Assembly (NCBI GenBank): GCA_052168315.1
Contig: JBQLZO010000097.1
Location: forward strand, 65,778 to 129,777
Source: Phycisphaerales bacterium
GTDB lineage: Bacteria; Planctomycetota; Phycisphaerae; Phycisphaerales; UBA1924
Direction of reading: 5' to 3'
Length of the DNA stretch: 64,000 nt
Shown here one piece after another: positions 30,905-42,025 of this stretch. Positions within the stretch are counted from its first letter, which is position 1, and each line of letters opens with the position of its first letter. The notes beneath the pieces are model-generated. The model was not told the DNA's origin. It made no database searches and was given only the letters and a program-made list of their open reading frames with translations. Position numbers and translations under genes: made by a program.

Positions 30905-32818
30905 TCAAGACGAAGCCAGCGCTTCCTGGTACCGGCGCATGAGCCGCTCACGGGTGATCAGTCCGATCACCCGACCGGCCCCCGTCGGGTCGGGCTCGAT
31001 CATGGCCAGCGACGCGACATCGTGCTTTGAGAACTTTTCCAGCACGATGTCCAGCCCTTCTTCAGGGTGGACCGTGGGCAGGTCGGACCGCAGGAGTTCT
31101 TCCACGAGCAGGTATGGGATCGCCTCCCGCTCGATCAGCGCGGTCCGGAGGTCTTGAGCGGTGACCAGCCCGAGGTATCTGCCCTCATCCGACACCACGA
31201 CGAAGTCGACGATCCGGTACGCATCGCGAAGCTCGAGCAGCTTCGACAGCGGCTCTTGCGGCCTGACGGACACATGGGGCACGGGGTTGATGTCGCGCGC
31301 GGTGAGCCGGCGCAGCAGCGTGAGGTCCGCCGCGGTGCCCACGAGCACGCCTCGTCTCCGGAGCTTGAGCGAATAGATCGAATCCCTCATGAGCAACTGA
31401 GCAACCAGCGTCGCGATGACCGCCGCCAGCATGATGGGAAGCAGTACAAAGACATTGCGGGTGAGTTCGAAGAGGATGAGGATCGCCGTGAGCGGCGCGT
31501 GTGTGGTGCCGGCCACCACCGCGGCCATGCCCACCAGCGCGTAGGCGGCTGGCGAGCCGCCGGGGGGGATGAGACCTATGCGTTCGAGCGCCACTCCGAC
31601 AAGCGCGCCCGTGGTCGCGCCGAGGAACAGCGACGGCGCGAATACGCCGCCCGATCCACCGGACCCGAGCGTCAGGCAGGTGCCGATCGCCTTGAACGCG
31701 ACCAGCAGCGCCAGCATGAACAGCGTTGTGGACACGAAGATCCCAGCCGCATGGTGCTCTTCGAGCAGCTTCGCGTGCGCCTCGACCAGTTCGGGAGAGT
31801 GAGGCGACGCGACGGCCGCCAGCTCGCCCGCATCGTGCGGGAGGAACGAGAGCGGATCCAGCAGCGATGTGATGGTCGCGTACCCGTTGCCGAAGAAATT
31901 CGGAACGCGTGAGCTCGCATCTCCCGCCGGGGCGAGCAGCAGGAACACGATCCCGAGCGTGCCGAGCAGCAGCGCGCCGGTGATCGGCTTCACGATCGGG
32001 TGAATCCGGATCCGCTCGTACAGGTCTTCGGAGAAGTACAACATCCTGATGAATCCGACCGCGACCACGCCGCACACCAGGCCGAGCACGATGTAGAGAG
32101 GGAGTTCGGGGAAGGTGAACTGGAGGGCACCGAGATCGGCCGAGACGGCAAAGATCGCCTGGTTCTTCCCGAGCACGGCCTGGGTGGTCGCGGTGGAGAA
32201 CACCGAGGCGACGATGATCGGCGTGAAGGTCTTGAGCGAGAAGTCGCGCAGCAGGATCTCGAGCACGAAGAAGACTCCCGCGATCGGCGCGTTGAACACC
32301 GACGCGATCCCTGCGGCCGCGCCGCATCCAAGCAGCGTTGCGACCTGCTCTCGCGGGATATTCAGCCACTGGGCGATGCCCGAGCCGATCGCCGAACCGA
32401 TCTGGACGATGGGGCCCTCGGCGCCCGCCGACCCACCTGATCCGATGGTGCACACGGATGCGATCGACTTCACGAACGCCACCCGGGGGCGGATCCGCCC
32501 CTTCTTGCGGTACAGCGCATCCATGACCTCGGGCACCCCGTGCCCACGGGCCTCGGGCGCGAAGAAGTGCACGAGCAGCCCAGTGCACAGCGCCCCGACC
32601 ATCGGGATCAGCGGGAGCGCCCAGAGCGGAAGGTCGCGCTGAAACGCGAATCCCTGGTGCTCCGTCCAGTCCAGCAGCCACTTGAACCCGATGGCGCCGT
32701 ACGCCGTGATCACACCGATCCCCGCCCCGAGCGCGACGAGGTACCAGTCACGGCGCAGCCCGAGACGCCGGCCGGCGGCAAGGGCTGCGATCCAGATGGC
32801 GCGGAAACGATGGATCAC
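30905..32818 (-). CDS. ClC-family voltage-gated chloride channel/transporter with C-terminal CBS domain pair
   Basis: ClC selectivity-filter motifs GSGIP-like (GSGGSAGAEGP), GCGAAAGIASVFNAPIAG and GxFxP (GVFAPSLFLG) are present, and the C-terminal ~130 aa form CBS domains. Confidence 0.9.
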   Translation of the reverse strand: MIHRFRAIWIAALAAGRRLGLRRDWYLVALGAGIGVITAYGAIGFKWLLDWTEHQGFAFQRDLPLWALPLIPMVGALCTGLLVHFFAPEARGHGVPEVMDALYRKKGRIRPRVAFVKSIASVCTIGSGGSAGAEGPIVQIGSAIGSGIAQWLNIPREQVATLLGCGAAAGIASVFNAPIAGVFFVLEILLRDFSLKTFTPIIVASVFSTATTQAVLGKNQAIFAVSADLGALQFTFPELPLYIVLGLVCGVVAVGFIRMLYFSEDLYERIRIHPIVKPITGALLLGTLGIVFLLLAPAGDASSRVPNFFGNGYATITSLLDPLSFLPHDAGELAAVASPHSPELVEAHAKLLEEHHAAGIFVSTTLFMLALLVAFKAIGTCLTLGSGGSGGVFAPSLFLGATTGALVGVALERIGLIPPGGSPAAYALVGMAAVVAGTTHAPLTAILILFELTRNVFVLLPIMLAAVIATLVAQLLMRDSIYSLKLRRRGVLVGTAADLTLLRRLTARDINPVPHVSVRPQEPLSKLLELRDAYRIVDFVVVSDEGRYLGLVTAQDLRTALIEREAIPYLLVEELLRSDLPTVHPEEGLDIVLEKFSKHDVASLAMIEPDPTGAGRVIGLITRERLMRRYQEALASS

Positions 32819-32915
32819 GGGGGCGATGGTACCCCACGCTCAGGGCCCCGCTTGGACGCCCGGCGACATTCTCCGTGCGAGCCGGGGCATCCATCGTGGA
32901 GCGAGTGCGGGCGGC

Positions 32916-34619
32916 CTACGGGGTGCGGCCCGCTGCGCCATAGCCCCCACCCGCTCTGTCCGGAGAACTCGCGCCCGGAGACGGACGCATCGGGCGTGTC
33001 GACTCTGCCGGCACGGGCTCCCGGGAGAGCATCGAATCCAGCATCGTTCCGATCAGCGCGGTGACCTGCGCATCGGCCGAGCCTCCCGATCCGCCTGCGC
33101 CCACCCCGGCACTCCCATCCGGGGCGGGCTGCGAAGTGACCATCACCCGCGGGGTGATGTTGATCCCGGATTCGCCGACGATCCGCATCAGTTCCATCAG
33201 GGCCGCGTTCGCGGGGCCGATCTGCGTTGCGATCATCCGGTACGCCTCGGCCTCGGCCTCGGCCTTGATCAGCGTCGCTTCCGCCTCAGCGCCCGCCTCG
33301 ATCACCCGCCGCTGCTTCTGCTCCTGGGCGATCTTCACCTCGTACGTCGCGGTCGCGAGCCGGCGCTCCTCCTCGGCCTCCTGCTCCGTTCGAGTCAATT
33401 CCTTCTTCTGCTCCGCCGCCCGCTGCTGCTCTCGGAAGGTCTCCTGCTCCTGGAGCGCGATCTCACGGTCCGTCTGCGTCTTCAGCAGCGCCTGCCACCG
33501 CTCCGAGTCGTCGCCAAGGTCGTTGATCCGCACCGCCGAGATTGTCACGCCGTACTGCCGCATCTCCTTCGCGAGCATCTCCGTCGAGCGGACCTCCTGC
33601 TGCGAGCGCTGCTGAACATAGTCCAGCGCCTTCACATCCTGCGCGTTGTTCCGGAAGATCGCACGGACCGCCGATTGCAGGATGTCCCGGAGGCCTTCGC
33701 GGTCGTCCCGGAGCCGCGCCACGACGATCGGCGCATCGTCCGGCTCGATCTTGTACACCACACGCACATCCACCGGGAACTCGAATCCGTCGGAGGTCCG
33801 CTCGGTGATCTCCCGCTCCATGCCATCGCCGGAACGCGACTTTGTGAACTCGATGATGGACTCCTTCGTGGAGATCAGCGTCACCTCGTACGCGTTCGTG
33901 TTCAGGTAATACTCGCCCGGATTCAATGGAGTCCGCCTGATCCCGCGTTCTCCCTGGTTCACGAGCCGCTCGGAGCCAGCTTCCACAGCGCCGGCAGCGC
34001 CCGGCGTCGCGCCGACTCCGATGTTGGACTTGATCACGCCCACGGTCGCCTGCGGCACATTCGTGACCTCGACCTCCTGCACCTGGAATAGTCGTGGATT
34101 GATGCGCCACTTGCCGGGTGTGAGCACCGACGCCTGCGGGCCCTTGTAACCGCCGCCCATGCCCAGGAAGTAGGTCGCGTCGAGCATCCGCCCCCGCAGT
34201 TCGTCGTCCCATTCGGGCGCGTACACCTGTCCGTCGCGCAGCGGCTGCCCATCAAGGGCTGTCAGCAGCCCGACCTTGCCCTTCTCGATCGTCAGCACGG
34301 GCGCCGACTCGATGTCAAAAATCCCGGGCCAATACCCGAAGTGCCACCCCGGTGCGAGGATCTCAGCCTGCGGGCCCATCTCGCCCTCGGTCGCGATGAT
34401 CTTGCCTGGTGGGAGGGATGGGCCGAACGCGTTGCGGATCACCACGCCAACGCTCTGCTCGCCCACATAACGCACAGACGAGAGCGCGACCCCGAGCCCC
34501 AGAGCCAGCAGCGCGCACACGACGAGCGCAATGCGAAAATCCTGGCGTCCCGTCCGCGGGATCGCTGTCGCGATCAGGCCCGCGACGAGCAGTCCGAGAA
34601 GCACCGAGATCCATCCCAT
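32916..34619 (-). CDS. SPFH/band-7 (flotillin-like) membrane protein
   Basis: An N-terminal transmembrane helix and SPFH domain are followed by an EA-rich coiled-coil (flotillin-like) region and a Gly-rich tail. The start was taken at MGWISVLLGLL. Confidence 0.8.
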   Translation of the reverse strand: MGWISVLLGLLVAGLIATAIPRTGRQDFRIALVVCALLALGLGVALSSVRYVGEQSVGVVIRNAFGPSLPPGKIIATEGEMGPQAEILAPGWHFGYWPGIFDIESAPVLTIEKGKVGLLTALDGQPLRDGQVYAPEWDDELRGRMLDATYFLGMGGGYKGPQASVLTPGKWRINPRLFQVQEVEVTNVPQATVGVIKSNIGVGATPGAAGAVEAGSERLVNQGERGIRRTPLNPGEYYLNTNAYEVTLISTKESIIEFTKSRSGDGMEREITERTSDGFEFPVDVRVVYKIEPDDAPIVVARLRDDREGLRDILQSAVRAIFRNNAQDVKALDYVQQRSQQEVRSTEMLAKEMRQYGVTISAVRINDLGDDSERWQALLKTQTDREIALQEQETFREQQRAAEQKKELTRTEQEAEEERRLATATYEVKIAQEQKQRRVIEAGAEAEATLIKAEAEAEAYRMIATQIGPANAALMELMRIVGESGINITPRVMVTSQPAPDGSAGVGAGGSGGSADAQVTALIGTMLDSMLSREPVPAESTRPMRPSPGASSPDRAGGGYGAAGRTP

Positions 34620-34832
34620 TCGGATACCTCCATCGAGTTCGGCTCGACTGCCTCCGCAAACCAGGGCTGCGCAGCCATACCCCATCAACACACAGGCAAT
34701 TCTACGCGATTCCGCACCCGGGGTGCACTGAATGCACTGCTCTGACATCGAGCGCACCGCACTCCGACGAGCAACACTGAAAGCAATCCGCCAGCGGTTG
34801 TTCGGAAAGCCGGGAGCGCCCTTCCGAGGTGA

Positions 34833-35852
34833 TTACTTCACCCCATCCTTCTCGCCCACCATCTTGATCATGTCCACGCACCGTGAGGCGTACCCCCACT
34901 CGTTGTCGTACCACGAGACGATCTTGAAGAAGTTCGCGTTCAGCTCGATTCCCGCCTTTGAGTCGTAGATCGAGGATGCGGGATGGGTGATGAAGTCCGA
35001 CGAGACGACCTCTTCGTCTGTGTACTCCAGCACGCCGCGCATCGGTCCCTCGGCCGCCGCGCGCATCGCCGCGTTGATGTCCGCGAGCGAAGTCGGCTTC
35101 TCGGTCTTGAAGGTCAGGTCCACCGCCGACACATCCACGGTCGGCACCCGGAACGCCATGCCGGTCAGCCGGCCCTTCAGGGCCGGGATGCACAGCGTGA
35201 CGGCCTTGGCCGCACCCGTGCTCGCCGGGATGATGTTCGCGTACGCGTTCCGCCCGCCGCGCCAGTCCTTCTTCGAAGGGCCATCCTGTGTCGGCTGGGT
35301 GGCCGTCGCGGCGTGAACCGTGGTCATCAGTCCCTCGGCGAGCCCGAACTCGTCGTTGATCACTTTCGCAACCGGGGCGAGGCAGTTGGTCGTGCAGGAT
35401 GCGTTGGAGACCACCGTGTGCTTCGCGGGGTCGTACACCTCGTGGTTGACCTTGTAGCAGATCGTCGGGACTTCGTCGGGAGTCTTTGTCGGGGCGGAGA
35501 TCAAAACTCGCTTCGCGCCGCCAGCGATGTGCTTGGACGCGTCGGCCGCGGCGGTGAACAGCCCAGTCGACTCGAGCACATACTCCACCCCCAGTTCACC
35601 CCACGGGATCGCCCCCGGGTCGCGCTCGGAGAAGCACTTGGTCGTTTTGCCGTCCACGGTGAACGATCCCTCGCTGGCGACCACCGAACGGTTCAGCCGA
35701 CCGTGGGCCGTGTCGTACTTCAGCAGGTACGCGAGGTTGTCTGACGGAACGAGGTCGTTGACCGCAGTGATTTCCAACCCCTGCTCGAGCCCCGCCCGAT
35801 AGAACAACCGTCCAATGCGACCGAACCCATTGATGCCCACGCGAATCGCCAT
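34833..35852 (-). CDS. gap: type I glyceraldehyde-3-phosphate dehydrogenase
   Basis: The protein has the GAPDH motifs [25 protein letters not shown] and WYDNEWGY over 339 aa. Confidence 0.95.
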   Translation of the reverse strand: MAIRVGINGFGRIGRLFYRAGLEQGLEITAVNDLVPSDNLAYLLKYDTAHGRLNRSVVASEGSFTVDGKTTKCFSERDPGAIPWGELGVEYVLESTGLFTAAADASKHIAGGAKRVLISAPTKTPDEVPTICYKVNHEVYDPAKHTVVSNASCTTNCLAPVAKVINDEFGLAEGLMTTVHAATATQPTQDGPSKKDWRGGRNAYANIIPASTGAAKAVTLCIPALKGRLTGMAFRVPTVDVSAVDLTFKTEKPTSLADINAAMRAAAEGPMRGVLEYTDEEVVSSDFITHPASSIYDSKAGIELNANFFKIVSWYDNEWGYASRCVDMIKMVGEKDGVK

Positions 35853-36144
35853 CGTCGGCGTCCTTTCTTGCTGACTCTCCGGGCGGGACGACTGACGCCG
35901 CCCATCCGTCGGTTTGGATTGCCAGCGCCGGTCCTCCGGCGCACCGGCACGACCCCGATCTGGGGCACGCCGATCGGCGATGCTATGGGGCCCGCCTCGA
36001 TCGGTCACCCCCGGCTCCGGGCGGGCGGGCAAACCGGACCACGCCCCGGCCCACGCCAACCTGCCTGCGACGCGGCCGCGACGCTTCAGCCACCCGCCCA
36101 TCGGGCCGATCCACCCATGTCCGGTCCAGAGCGGAGGATACGGC

Positions 36145-37155
36145 ATGCGTCCGCCCAAGCATCCACACACCTCACAGGCGCTGCGCCACCTGCGCAATTG
36201 CACCTTCGTCGCGATGGGCGTCTTCGTGGTCGCGCTGCTCGCCCAGACCGGCGTGTTTCTGGGCACCCACCTCACCGACGCTCACACCGCGTTCGTGACC
36301 GAACCGGAGCCAACCAGCAACGAGGTCGTCACCACCAGCTCGGAGCGGCAGCCCTCTGTGCGATCCAATTCATCCGAGTCCGTTGGCCCACCGACCCCCG
36401 CGCACGCCCGCACTGACCGCATCGAACCGAAGTCACCGACCAGCGGCGCCCTCGTTGTCCGAGGTCGCGTGATCAACATCGGCACGCCCGGGTCCGCGGA
36501 GCAGCAGACCGCCGCGCGAGCCCAGGCGATCAATACGATCGAGACCCCATTCGGGCTCCGGCTCCGACGCACCTCCGAAACCGCGCAGACGCTCGGCATC
36601 CTGAGCGCCCTCGCGCTCGTGGTGCTCATGCTCCAGGGCGTGGCTGTCAGCGCCTCCGCCCGGGTTCCGGGCGTTCACCATGTCGTCTCGTCCACCACAT
36701 GGATGCTGCTCATCGCGGGGCTCACGGTGCCCCTGGCGGCCCTCGTTCCCCACATCCCCTGGCCCGGGGTGTTCACGAACTTCGACGACCTGCTCGATCG
36801 GTCCACGCTGATCCGATCCGGGCACGGGCAGGCACCATCGACCCTGGGCTTCTACGCGCAGCACCTTGTCGCACCCCTCTGCTGCCTCGCGGGACTCGTC
36901 GCCGTTGTGTTCCGCTACAACGCGGCGATCGAGGAGGGGGTCATCGTGACCCACTCATCGCAGTTGGATGCACGCGTCGAGCGTGAACTTCGCAAGATGG
37001 GCATCGGCCACCAGCAGCTCCCCCGCTCCGTCGGGGCGCTCAACGCGGCCATGGGTGCCGACGGAATCGCCTCGGGTCCTGATGACGCCTCCGACGAGGA
37101 GCGCCCGACGCTCGTCGGCCCCCGCTCCAAGCCGGCCATGCCCAGGCCGATCTGA
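36145..37155 (+). CDS. hypothetical membrane protein
   Basis: A GGAGGA Shine-Dalgarno sequence precedes the ATG at 36145, and the protein has three predicted transmembrane helices. No family was recognised. Confidence 0.5.
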   Translation: MRPPKHPHTSQALRHLRNCTFVAMGVFVVALLAQTGVFLGTHLTDAHTAFVTEPEPTSNEVVTTSSERQPSVRSNSSESVGPPTPAHARTDRIEPKSPTSGALVVRGRVINIGTPGSAEQQTAARAQAINTIETPFGLRLRRTSETAQTLGILSALALVVLMLQGVAVSASARVPGVHHVVSSTTWMLLIAGLTVPLAALVPHIPWPGVFTNFDDLLDRSTLIRSGHGQAPSTLGFYAQHLVAPLCCLAGLVAVVFRYNAAIEEGVIVTHSSQLDARVERELRKMGIGHQQLPRSVGALNAAMGADGIASGPDDASDEERPTLVGPRSKPAMPRPI

Positions 37156-37280
37156 GCGGCATCGCCGGCGGGATGCCGGCATCGCTGAACCGCCGCCGGA
37201 GCATGTCGGGCGGTCCCCTTTGTCCGATTCGCCGATCCCTCCGGTCGGACCCCGATTCAACGCCCTCCTACGATAACCCG

Positions 37281-39479
37281 ATGCTTCAGTCCCTCGAGAC
37301 GCTCTGGAATGTCGCCTTGATCATGCTCGGATTCGGGCTGGTGATCGTCGTGCACGAACTTGGGCACTTCATCGCCGCTCGATGGGCGGGCATCAGGGTG
37401 CACGCCTTCGCCGTGGGATTCGGGCCGGCCATCTTCTCGTATCGCAAGGGCATGGGGGTCCGTCGCGGCTCGTCCGAGCAGGCGTATCTCCAATTGATGG
37501 AGTCTGAGCGGACTGGGGTCCAGCGCACCGACACCGGCAGGCTGAGCCCCACCGAGTACCGGCTCAACTGGGTCCCGCTGGGCGGCTATGTGAAAATGCT
37601 GGGACAGGAAGACCTCAACGCCGACGCGACATCGGACGCGTCCGACTCCTACCAGACGAAGCCGGTGTGGAAGCGGATGATCGTGATCTCCGCGGGCGTG
37701 GTCATGAATGTGATCCTCGCCGGCGTGCTCTTTGTGGCGGTATTCATGGTCGGGCTCCCCGTGTCTTCGCCGGCCGTGGGGTTTGTCGCGCCGGGATCTG
37801 CGGCGGAGGCGGCGGGGTTCCGGGCCGGCGATGTCGTGGTGAGCATCGACGGTCGTGCCGCGGACAACTTTGCCGATCTGCAGATAGCGAGCGCGATGGC
37901 CTCCAAGGGGAAGGAAATGACATTCCGGGTCACCCGCCCCGGACAGTCCGAGTCCATCGAACTGCTCGCGACGCCCAAGCGCGACGAGGAGTCCGGGCTG
38001 CTCCAACTCGGGCTTGGCCCGGCCTCGGGGACGAAGATCTGGAGCACTCAGGACCTGGGAACCAGCGAGGATGCCATCCGGCGCTCGCTCATCCAGGCCG
38101 GGCTCGAAGGTGTGGCGCCGGGGTCGACGCTGATCGCCGTCGACGCCCGACCGGTTGAGCCAACGACGCTTCCCTCCGGCACGCAAGTGAGGGTATTGAC
38201 GCCGCTGCTCGACGCCCTCCGCGCTTCCGCGGGCGATGCGGTCGAGGCGACCTTCGAGTCACCGTCGGGCGATCGTACGACGGTCGCCATCGAACCGCGG
38301 GTGCAACTCCAGCGGGCGCTTGGTGTCATCAACGAGGATGAGACGGCCGGATTCGGACACCTGCTCGGCATGGTCCCGGTCACGCGCGTCCAGACCACCG
38401 CCCCCGAGGGAGATGCGGCCGGGCTCGAGCCCGGCGATCTGCTCGCCCGTGTCGGCGGTGTTGATTGGCCCTCGGTGCCCGACACCATCGCCCAGGTCCG
38501 CCGCGCTGCCGGGGGGACCATCGAGGTCACCCTGCTCCACCCGGTCGAAGTCGAGGCACAGGATGGTCTCTCGCCCGATCAGCCCTCCGACCCGGCGGGG
38601 ATCCGCCTCGCGGGCCGGTTCTGGACCCTGGTCGAACTCGATGCGCCGGTCAGTGAGGCTGGAAGGATCGGATTCTCGCCCGAGGAGGCGGACTCGCTCC
38701 CGTTTGTCACCCGTGCGCCGCGTCTCGCGCGTGACCCTTCCAGCGGGGAGATCCCAATGGAGTTGCCCGCCGATCGCATGTTCCCGCGCATCCTTCCGGG
38801 CATGGTGCTCGAGCGCGTCGCCGGCCGCTCCATCACGGACTTCGCCGACGCCCGCAGCGCGATCCTCGCCGCAGCGGCTTCGGAAGACAGTTCCGGAGAG
38901 TCCACGCCCATCACACTTGAGTTCGGGCTCATCGATCCCCGCACGCTCTCGTTGATCGGGAGCGAGTCACGGACGATCGATGTCTTTCCCAGCGACTCCG
39001 CGGCGCTCGCCGACCTCGGCTGGTCTCCGGGGCCAATCGAAGTCGCGTTCGCGCCCTCGGAGGTTCTCATGAAGGCCTCTGATCCTTTCCACGCCGTCGC
39101 GATGGGCACAAGAGAGACGCTCCGTAAGGTCACGCTGGCATACCTGACGATCCAACGTCTGTTCGAAGGAACCGTTCAGGTCCGCCATCTCAAGGGGCCG
39201 GTCGGCATCACGCACATCGGCTCGCAGTTCGCTGCGCAGGGTCCGTTGTACCTGTTGTTCTTTCTGGCACTGATCTCGGCGAACCTCGCGGTGATCAATT
39301 TCCTGCCCATGCCGATCGTCGACGGCGGGATGTTCCTGCTGTTGTGCTACGAGGGACTCAGGGGGAAGCCCGCTCCGATCGCCGTGCAGAGCGCGCTCAA
39401 TCTGGTCGGGCTTGTCCTGATTGGGGGGCTGTTCCTCACCGTCACTTTCTACGACCTACGCGGGCTCTTTGGGCTCTGA
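37281..39479 (+). CDS. rseP: RIP metalloprotease RseP (site-2 protease, M50 family) with an extended multi-PDZ region
   Basis: The HExxH motif sits within a transmembrane helix (LVIVVHELGHFIAARWAGIRVHAFAVGFGP), multiple PDZ-like segments follow, and the C-terminal membrane motif is LPMPIVDGGMFLL. At 732 aa it is longer than the typical ~450 aa. Confidence 0.85.
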   Translation: MLQSLETLWNVALIMLGFGLVIVVHELGHFIAARWAGIRVHAFAVGFGPAIFSYRKGMGVRRGSSEQAYLQLMESERTGVQRTDTGRLSPTEYRLNWVPLGGYVKMLGQEDLNADATSDASDSYQTKPVWKRMIVISAGVVMNVILAGVLFVAVFMVGLPVSSPAVGFVAPGSAAEAAGFRAGDVVVSIDGRAADNFADLQIASAMASKGKEMTFRVTRPGQSESIELLATPKRDEESGLLQLGLGPASGTKIWSTQDLGTSEDAIRRSLIQAGLEGVAPGSTLIAVDARPVEPTTLPSGTQVRVLTPLLDALRASAGDAVEATFESPSGDRTTVAIEPRVQLQRALGVINEDETAGFGHLLGMVPVTRVQTTAPEGDAAGLEPGDLLARVGGVDWPSVPDTIAQVRRAAGGTIEVTLLHPVEVEAQDGLSPDQPSDPAGIRLAGRFWTLVELDAPVSEAGRIGFSPEEADSLPFVTRAPRLARDPSSGEIPMELPADRMFPRILPGMVLERVAGRSITDFADARSAILAAAASEDSSGESTPITLEFGLIDPRTLSLIGSESRTIDVFPSDSAALADLGWSPGPIEVAFAPSEVLMKASDPFHAVAMGTRETLRKVTLAYLTIQRLFEGTVQVRHLKGPVGITHIGSQFAAQGPLYLLFFLALISANLAVINFLPMPIVDGGMFLLLCYEGLRGKPAPIAVQSALNLVGLVLIGGLFLTVTFYDLRGLFGL

Positions 39480-39534
39480 CACCGTGGAACCCGCCCCAGA
39501 TCCGACTTCCGGCGCAACGGAGACCGACATCGCG

Positions 39535-40017
39535 ATGATGCGGCGTGCGCTCGCCCTGGCCCATCTGGCCGGCGAGCGCGGTGAGGTGCCTGTAGGCGCC
39601 CTCGTGTTTGAGACCGCCTCCGGGAGAGTGCTCGGGGAGGGTGCCAACGCCCGCGAAGGCGAGGACGATCCGACGGCCCACGCCGAGGTGATCGCGATCC
39701 GCGAGGCCGCTCGTGCGCTCGGCGACTGGCGGCTCAACGCGTGCACGCTCGTGGTCACCCTTGAGCCATGCGCCATGTGTGCCGGGGCGATCGTCAATGC
39801 CCGGGTGGGACGCCTCATCTTCGGCGCCAGCGACCCAAAGGCGGGGTACGCCGGTTCGCTCGCCCGCCTGACGGAGGACCCCCGGCTCAACCACCGAATC
39901 ACCCCCATCTCGGGCGTGCTCGCACAAGAAGCCGGCGACTTGCTTCGCGACTTCTTCCGTCGGCGTCGGGGGCGCCGGGCAGGCGGGTGCGGAGCACCAG
40001 ATCAGGGCTTTCCCTGA
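39535..40017 (+). CDS. tadA: tRNA adenosine(34) deaminase
   Basis: The protein has the deaminase zinc-binding motifs HAEVIAIREAA and LEPCAMCAGAI, and also GASDPKAGYAGS. Confidence 0.85.
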   Translation: MMRRALALAHLAGERGEVPVGALVFETASGRVLGEGANAREGEDDPTAHAEVIAIREAARALGDWRLNACTLVVTLEPCAMCAGAIVNARVGRLIFGASDPKAGYAGSLARLTEDPRLNHRITPISGVLAQEAGDLLRDFFRRRRGRRAGGCGAPDQGFP

Positions 40018-40184
40018 TGCTTGCTCCCACGCGGCGACTTGTCGGACCTTGAACCCCCCGGGGTTTCGCCCGGAAACCTCGAATGCGCAAGGACTTGTGT
40101 GGAACCACATCCCGGATCCTGCGGATCGATGTTCAAACGACCGAATCGTACCCCAAGATCGGGCGTCCCGAACAGCATTGAGGC

Positions 40185-41981
40185 ATGGCCGACGATATGG
40201 TGTCCCGGCGTGACAACCCGCGTGGTCCGGAGCATGAGCCGACGCTCAGTCTGTTGAATGCGGACTCGGGCGAATGGGTCCCCCTGGACGAGCGGACGCC
40301 CGTCCCGCAGCACGCGCGATCCACCGGACAGATCGCGCGCACACACGGCACAGGACCCGACCCCGGCAGGAATTCACCCTTGGGCGAGCAGCGGCAGAAA
40401 GGACGATCAGCCAACGACCCGCCGTCCACGCGCGCCGCGGACGCGAACGATCCCGATGCGTCCAAGCTCCCGATGCCGGGCGACACCGGCCCGCTTCCAA
40501 TGCCCGATGACACCGACGCGCCGCTCAGCAGCCGCGCCGATACCCTCGAGATCCTCACGGGGCGAGCTTCGAACTCCGGCGGCAAGCCCGCACAGCAGCC
40601 CCAGCACCCGGCACCCGGCGCTGGCACCCCCACGCCCTCGGGCAGGAACAACGATGATCAGCGGAGGGACTCACCGACCTCCGACTCGAGCGCCCACGGC
40701 TCATCTCCCGACGCCGCGCCGAGCATGACCATGCATCACTCAGGCGCGGACACCGTGCTGGGGCGGCTCGTGGTCGAGCAGGGCTTCGCCACCGCGACCG
40801 AGGTTGACGAACTGCTCCGTGCCCGGCGGGCCGCGGCGGAGGAGGCCAAGTCGGGATCACTGGCGCAGGCACTTGTCTCAGGCGAATTCATCACGCGCCG
40901 GCAACTCGATCGTCTCCGCTCGCAGGTTGAGGCCGAACGGTCCGGCGAGCAGCTCCCGGGATTCCAAGTCATCGAGAAGCTCGGCGCGGGCGCCATGGCC
41001 GTCGTCTACAAGGCCAAGCAGCTCTCGCTGGACCGGATGGTCGCGATCAAGGTGCTCCCGCGGAAGTTCTCGTCGAACAAGCAGTTCATCGAGCGGTTCT
41101 ATGCGGAGGGCCGGGCTGCGGCGCAGCTCAATCATCCCAATGTCGTCGCCGCGTACGATGTGGCCCAGGCGGGCGAATTCCATTATTTCGTCATGGAGTA
41201 TGTGGAGGGCAAGACCGTTCACGACTACATCGTCGAGAACAAGCGATTCAAAGAATCGGAAGCCCTTGAGATCGTGCTCCAGGTCGCCGATGCGCTCCAG
41301 CACGCCCATGAGCGCGGCCTGATCCACCGCGATGTCAAGCCGAAGAACATCATGATCACCCCCTCGGGCGTGACCAAGCTCGCAGACCTCGGTCTCGCAC
41401 GCGCTTTGGACGACAAGGAGGCCGCCCTGGCCGAGAAGGGCAAGGCCTTCGGCACCCCCTACTACATCGCGCCCGAGCAGATCCGCGGCGAGGTCAACAT
41501 CGGGCCACAGGCCGACATCTACTCGCTCGGGGCGACCTTCTACCACATGGTCACCGGCACCGTGCCCTTCAATGGCAAGAACCCGACCGAAGTGATGCAG
41601 CAGCATCTGAAGAACCCTCTCGTCCCGCCCGACCATGTCAACTCTCGCCTCTCCGCCGGCGTCTCGGAGGTCATCGAGATGATGATGGCCAAGAGCCGCA
41701 AGCAGCGCTACCGCAACATCGGCGAGCTGATGACCGATCTCAAGGCGGTCAAGCGAGGCGAGGATCCGCCGCTGGCGCACAAGGAGAGCGCATCCACCGC
41801 CTTCATGGCCGAGATGGTCAAGGCCACGGGCGAATCGCCGCAGCAGCTCGTGACGGACAAGTCCCGCCCGCCCTCGCCGTTCGGCGACTCGCGCGTGCAG
41901 GTGATGATGACGCTGCTGTTCCTGTCGCTGGCGTGGGCGGTGGCCGCGACGGTCGTCGCGGCGATCCAGCTCGCCTTCTGA
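40185..41981 (+). CDS. Hanks-type serine/threonine protein kinase with a disordered N-terminus, a T2SSE_N-like segment and a C-terminal transmembrane anchor
   Basis: Kinase motifs are present: LGAGAMAVVYKA, AIKVL, HRDVKPKNIM, DLGLARA and YIAPEQ. The C-terminal VQVMMTLLFLSLAWAVAATVVAAIQLAF is a transmembrane helix. Confidence 0.85.
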   Translation: MADDMVSRRDNPRGPEHEPTLSLLNADSGEWVPLDERTPVPQHARSTGQIARTHGTGPDPGRNSPLGEQRQKGRSANDPPSTRAADANDPDASKLPMPGDTGPLPMPDDTDAPLSSRADTLEILTGRASNSGGKPAQQPQHPAPGAGTPTPSGRNNDDQRRDSPTSDSSAHGSSPDAAPSMTMHHSGADTVLGRLVVEQGFATATEVDELLRARRAAAEEAKSGSLAQALVSGEFITRRQLDRLRSQVEAERSGEQLPGFQVIEKLGAGAMAVVYKAKQLSLDRMVAIKVLPRKFSSNKQFIERFYAEGRAAAQLNHPNVVAAYDVAQAGEFHYFVMEYVEGKTVHDYIVENKRFKESEALEIVLQVADALQHAHERGLIHRDVKPKNIMITPSGVTKLADLGLARALDDKEAALAEKGKAFGTPYYIAPEQIRGEVNIGPQADIYSLGATFYHMVTGTVPFNGKNPTEVMQQHLKNPLVPPDHVNSRLSAGVSEVIEMMMAKSRKQRYRNIGELMTDLKAVKRGEDPPLAHKESASTAFMAEMVKATGESPQQLVTDKSRPPSPFGDSRVQVMMTLLFLSLAWAVAATVVAAIQLAF

Positions 41982-42025
41982 CGGGCATGAGGGCGCCCCG
42001 CCCGCCCGCCGATCGATCGATCCCA

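Noticed and set aside
31185-32681. 498-aa minus-strand ORF inside the ClC channel gene.
   Set aside because: It is an alternative frame of a bona fide ClC gene with an extreme Arg/Gly/Pro composition, typical of GC-rich shadow ORFs.
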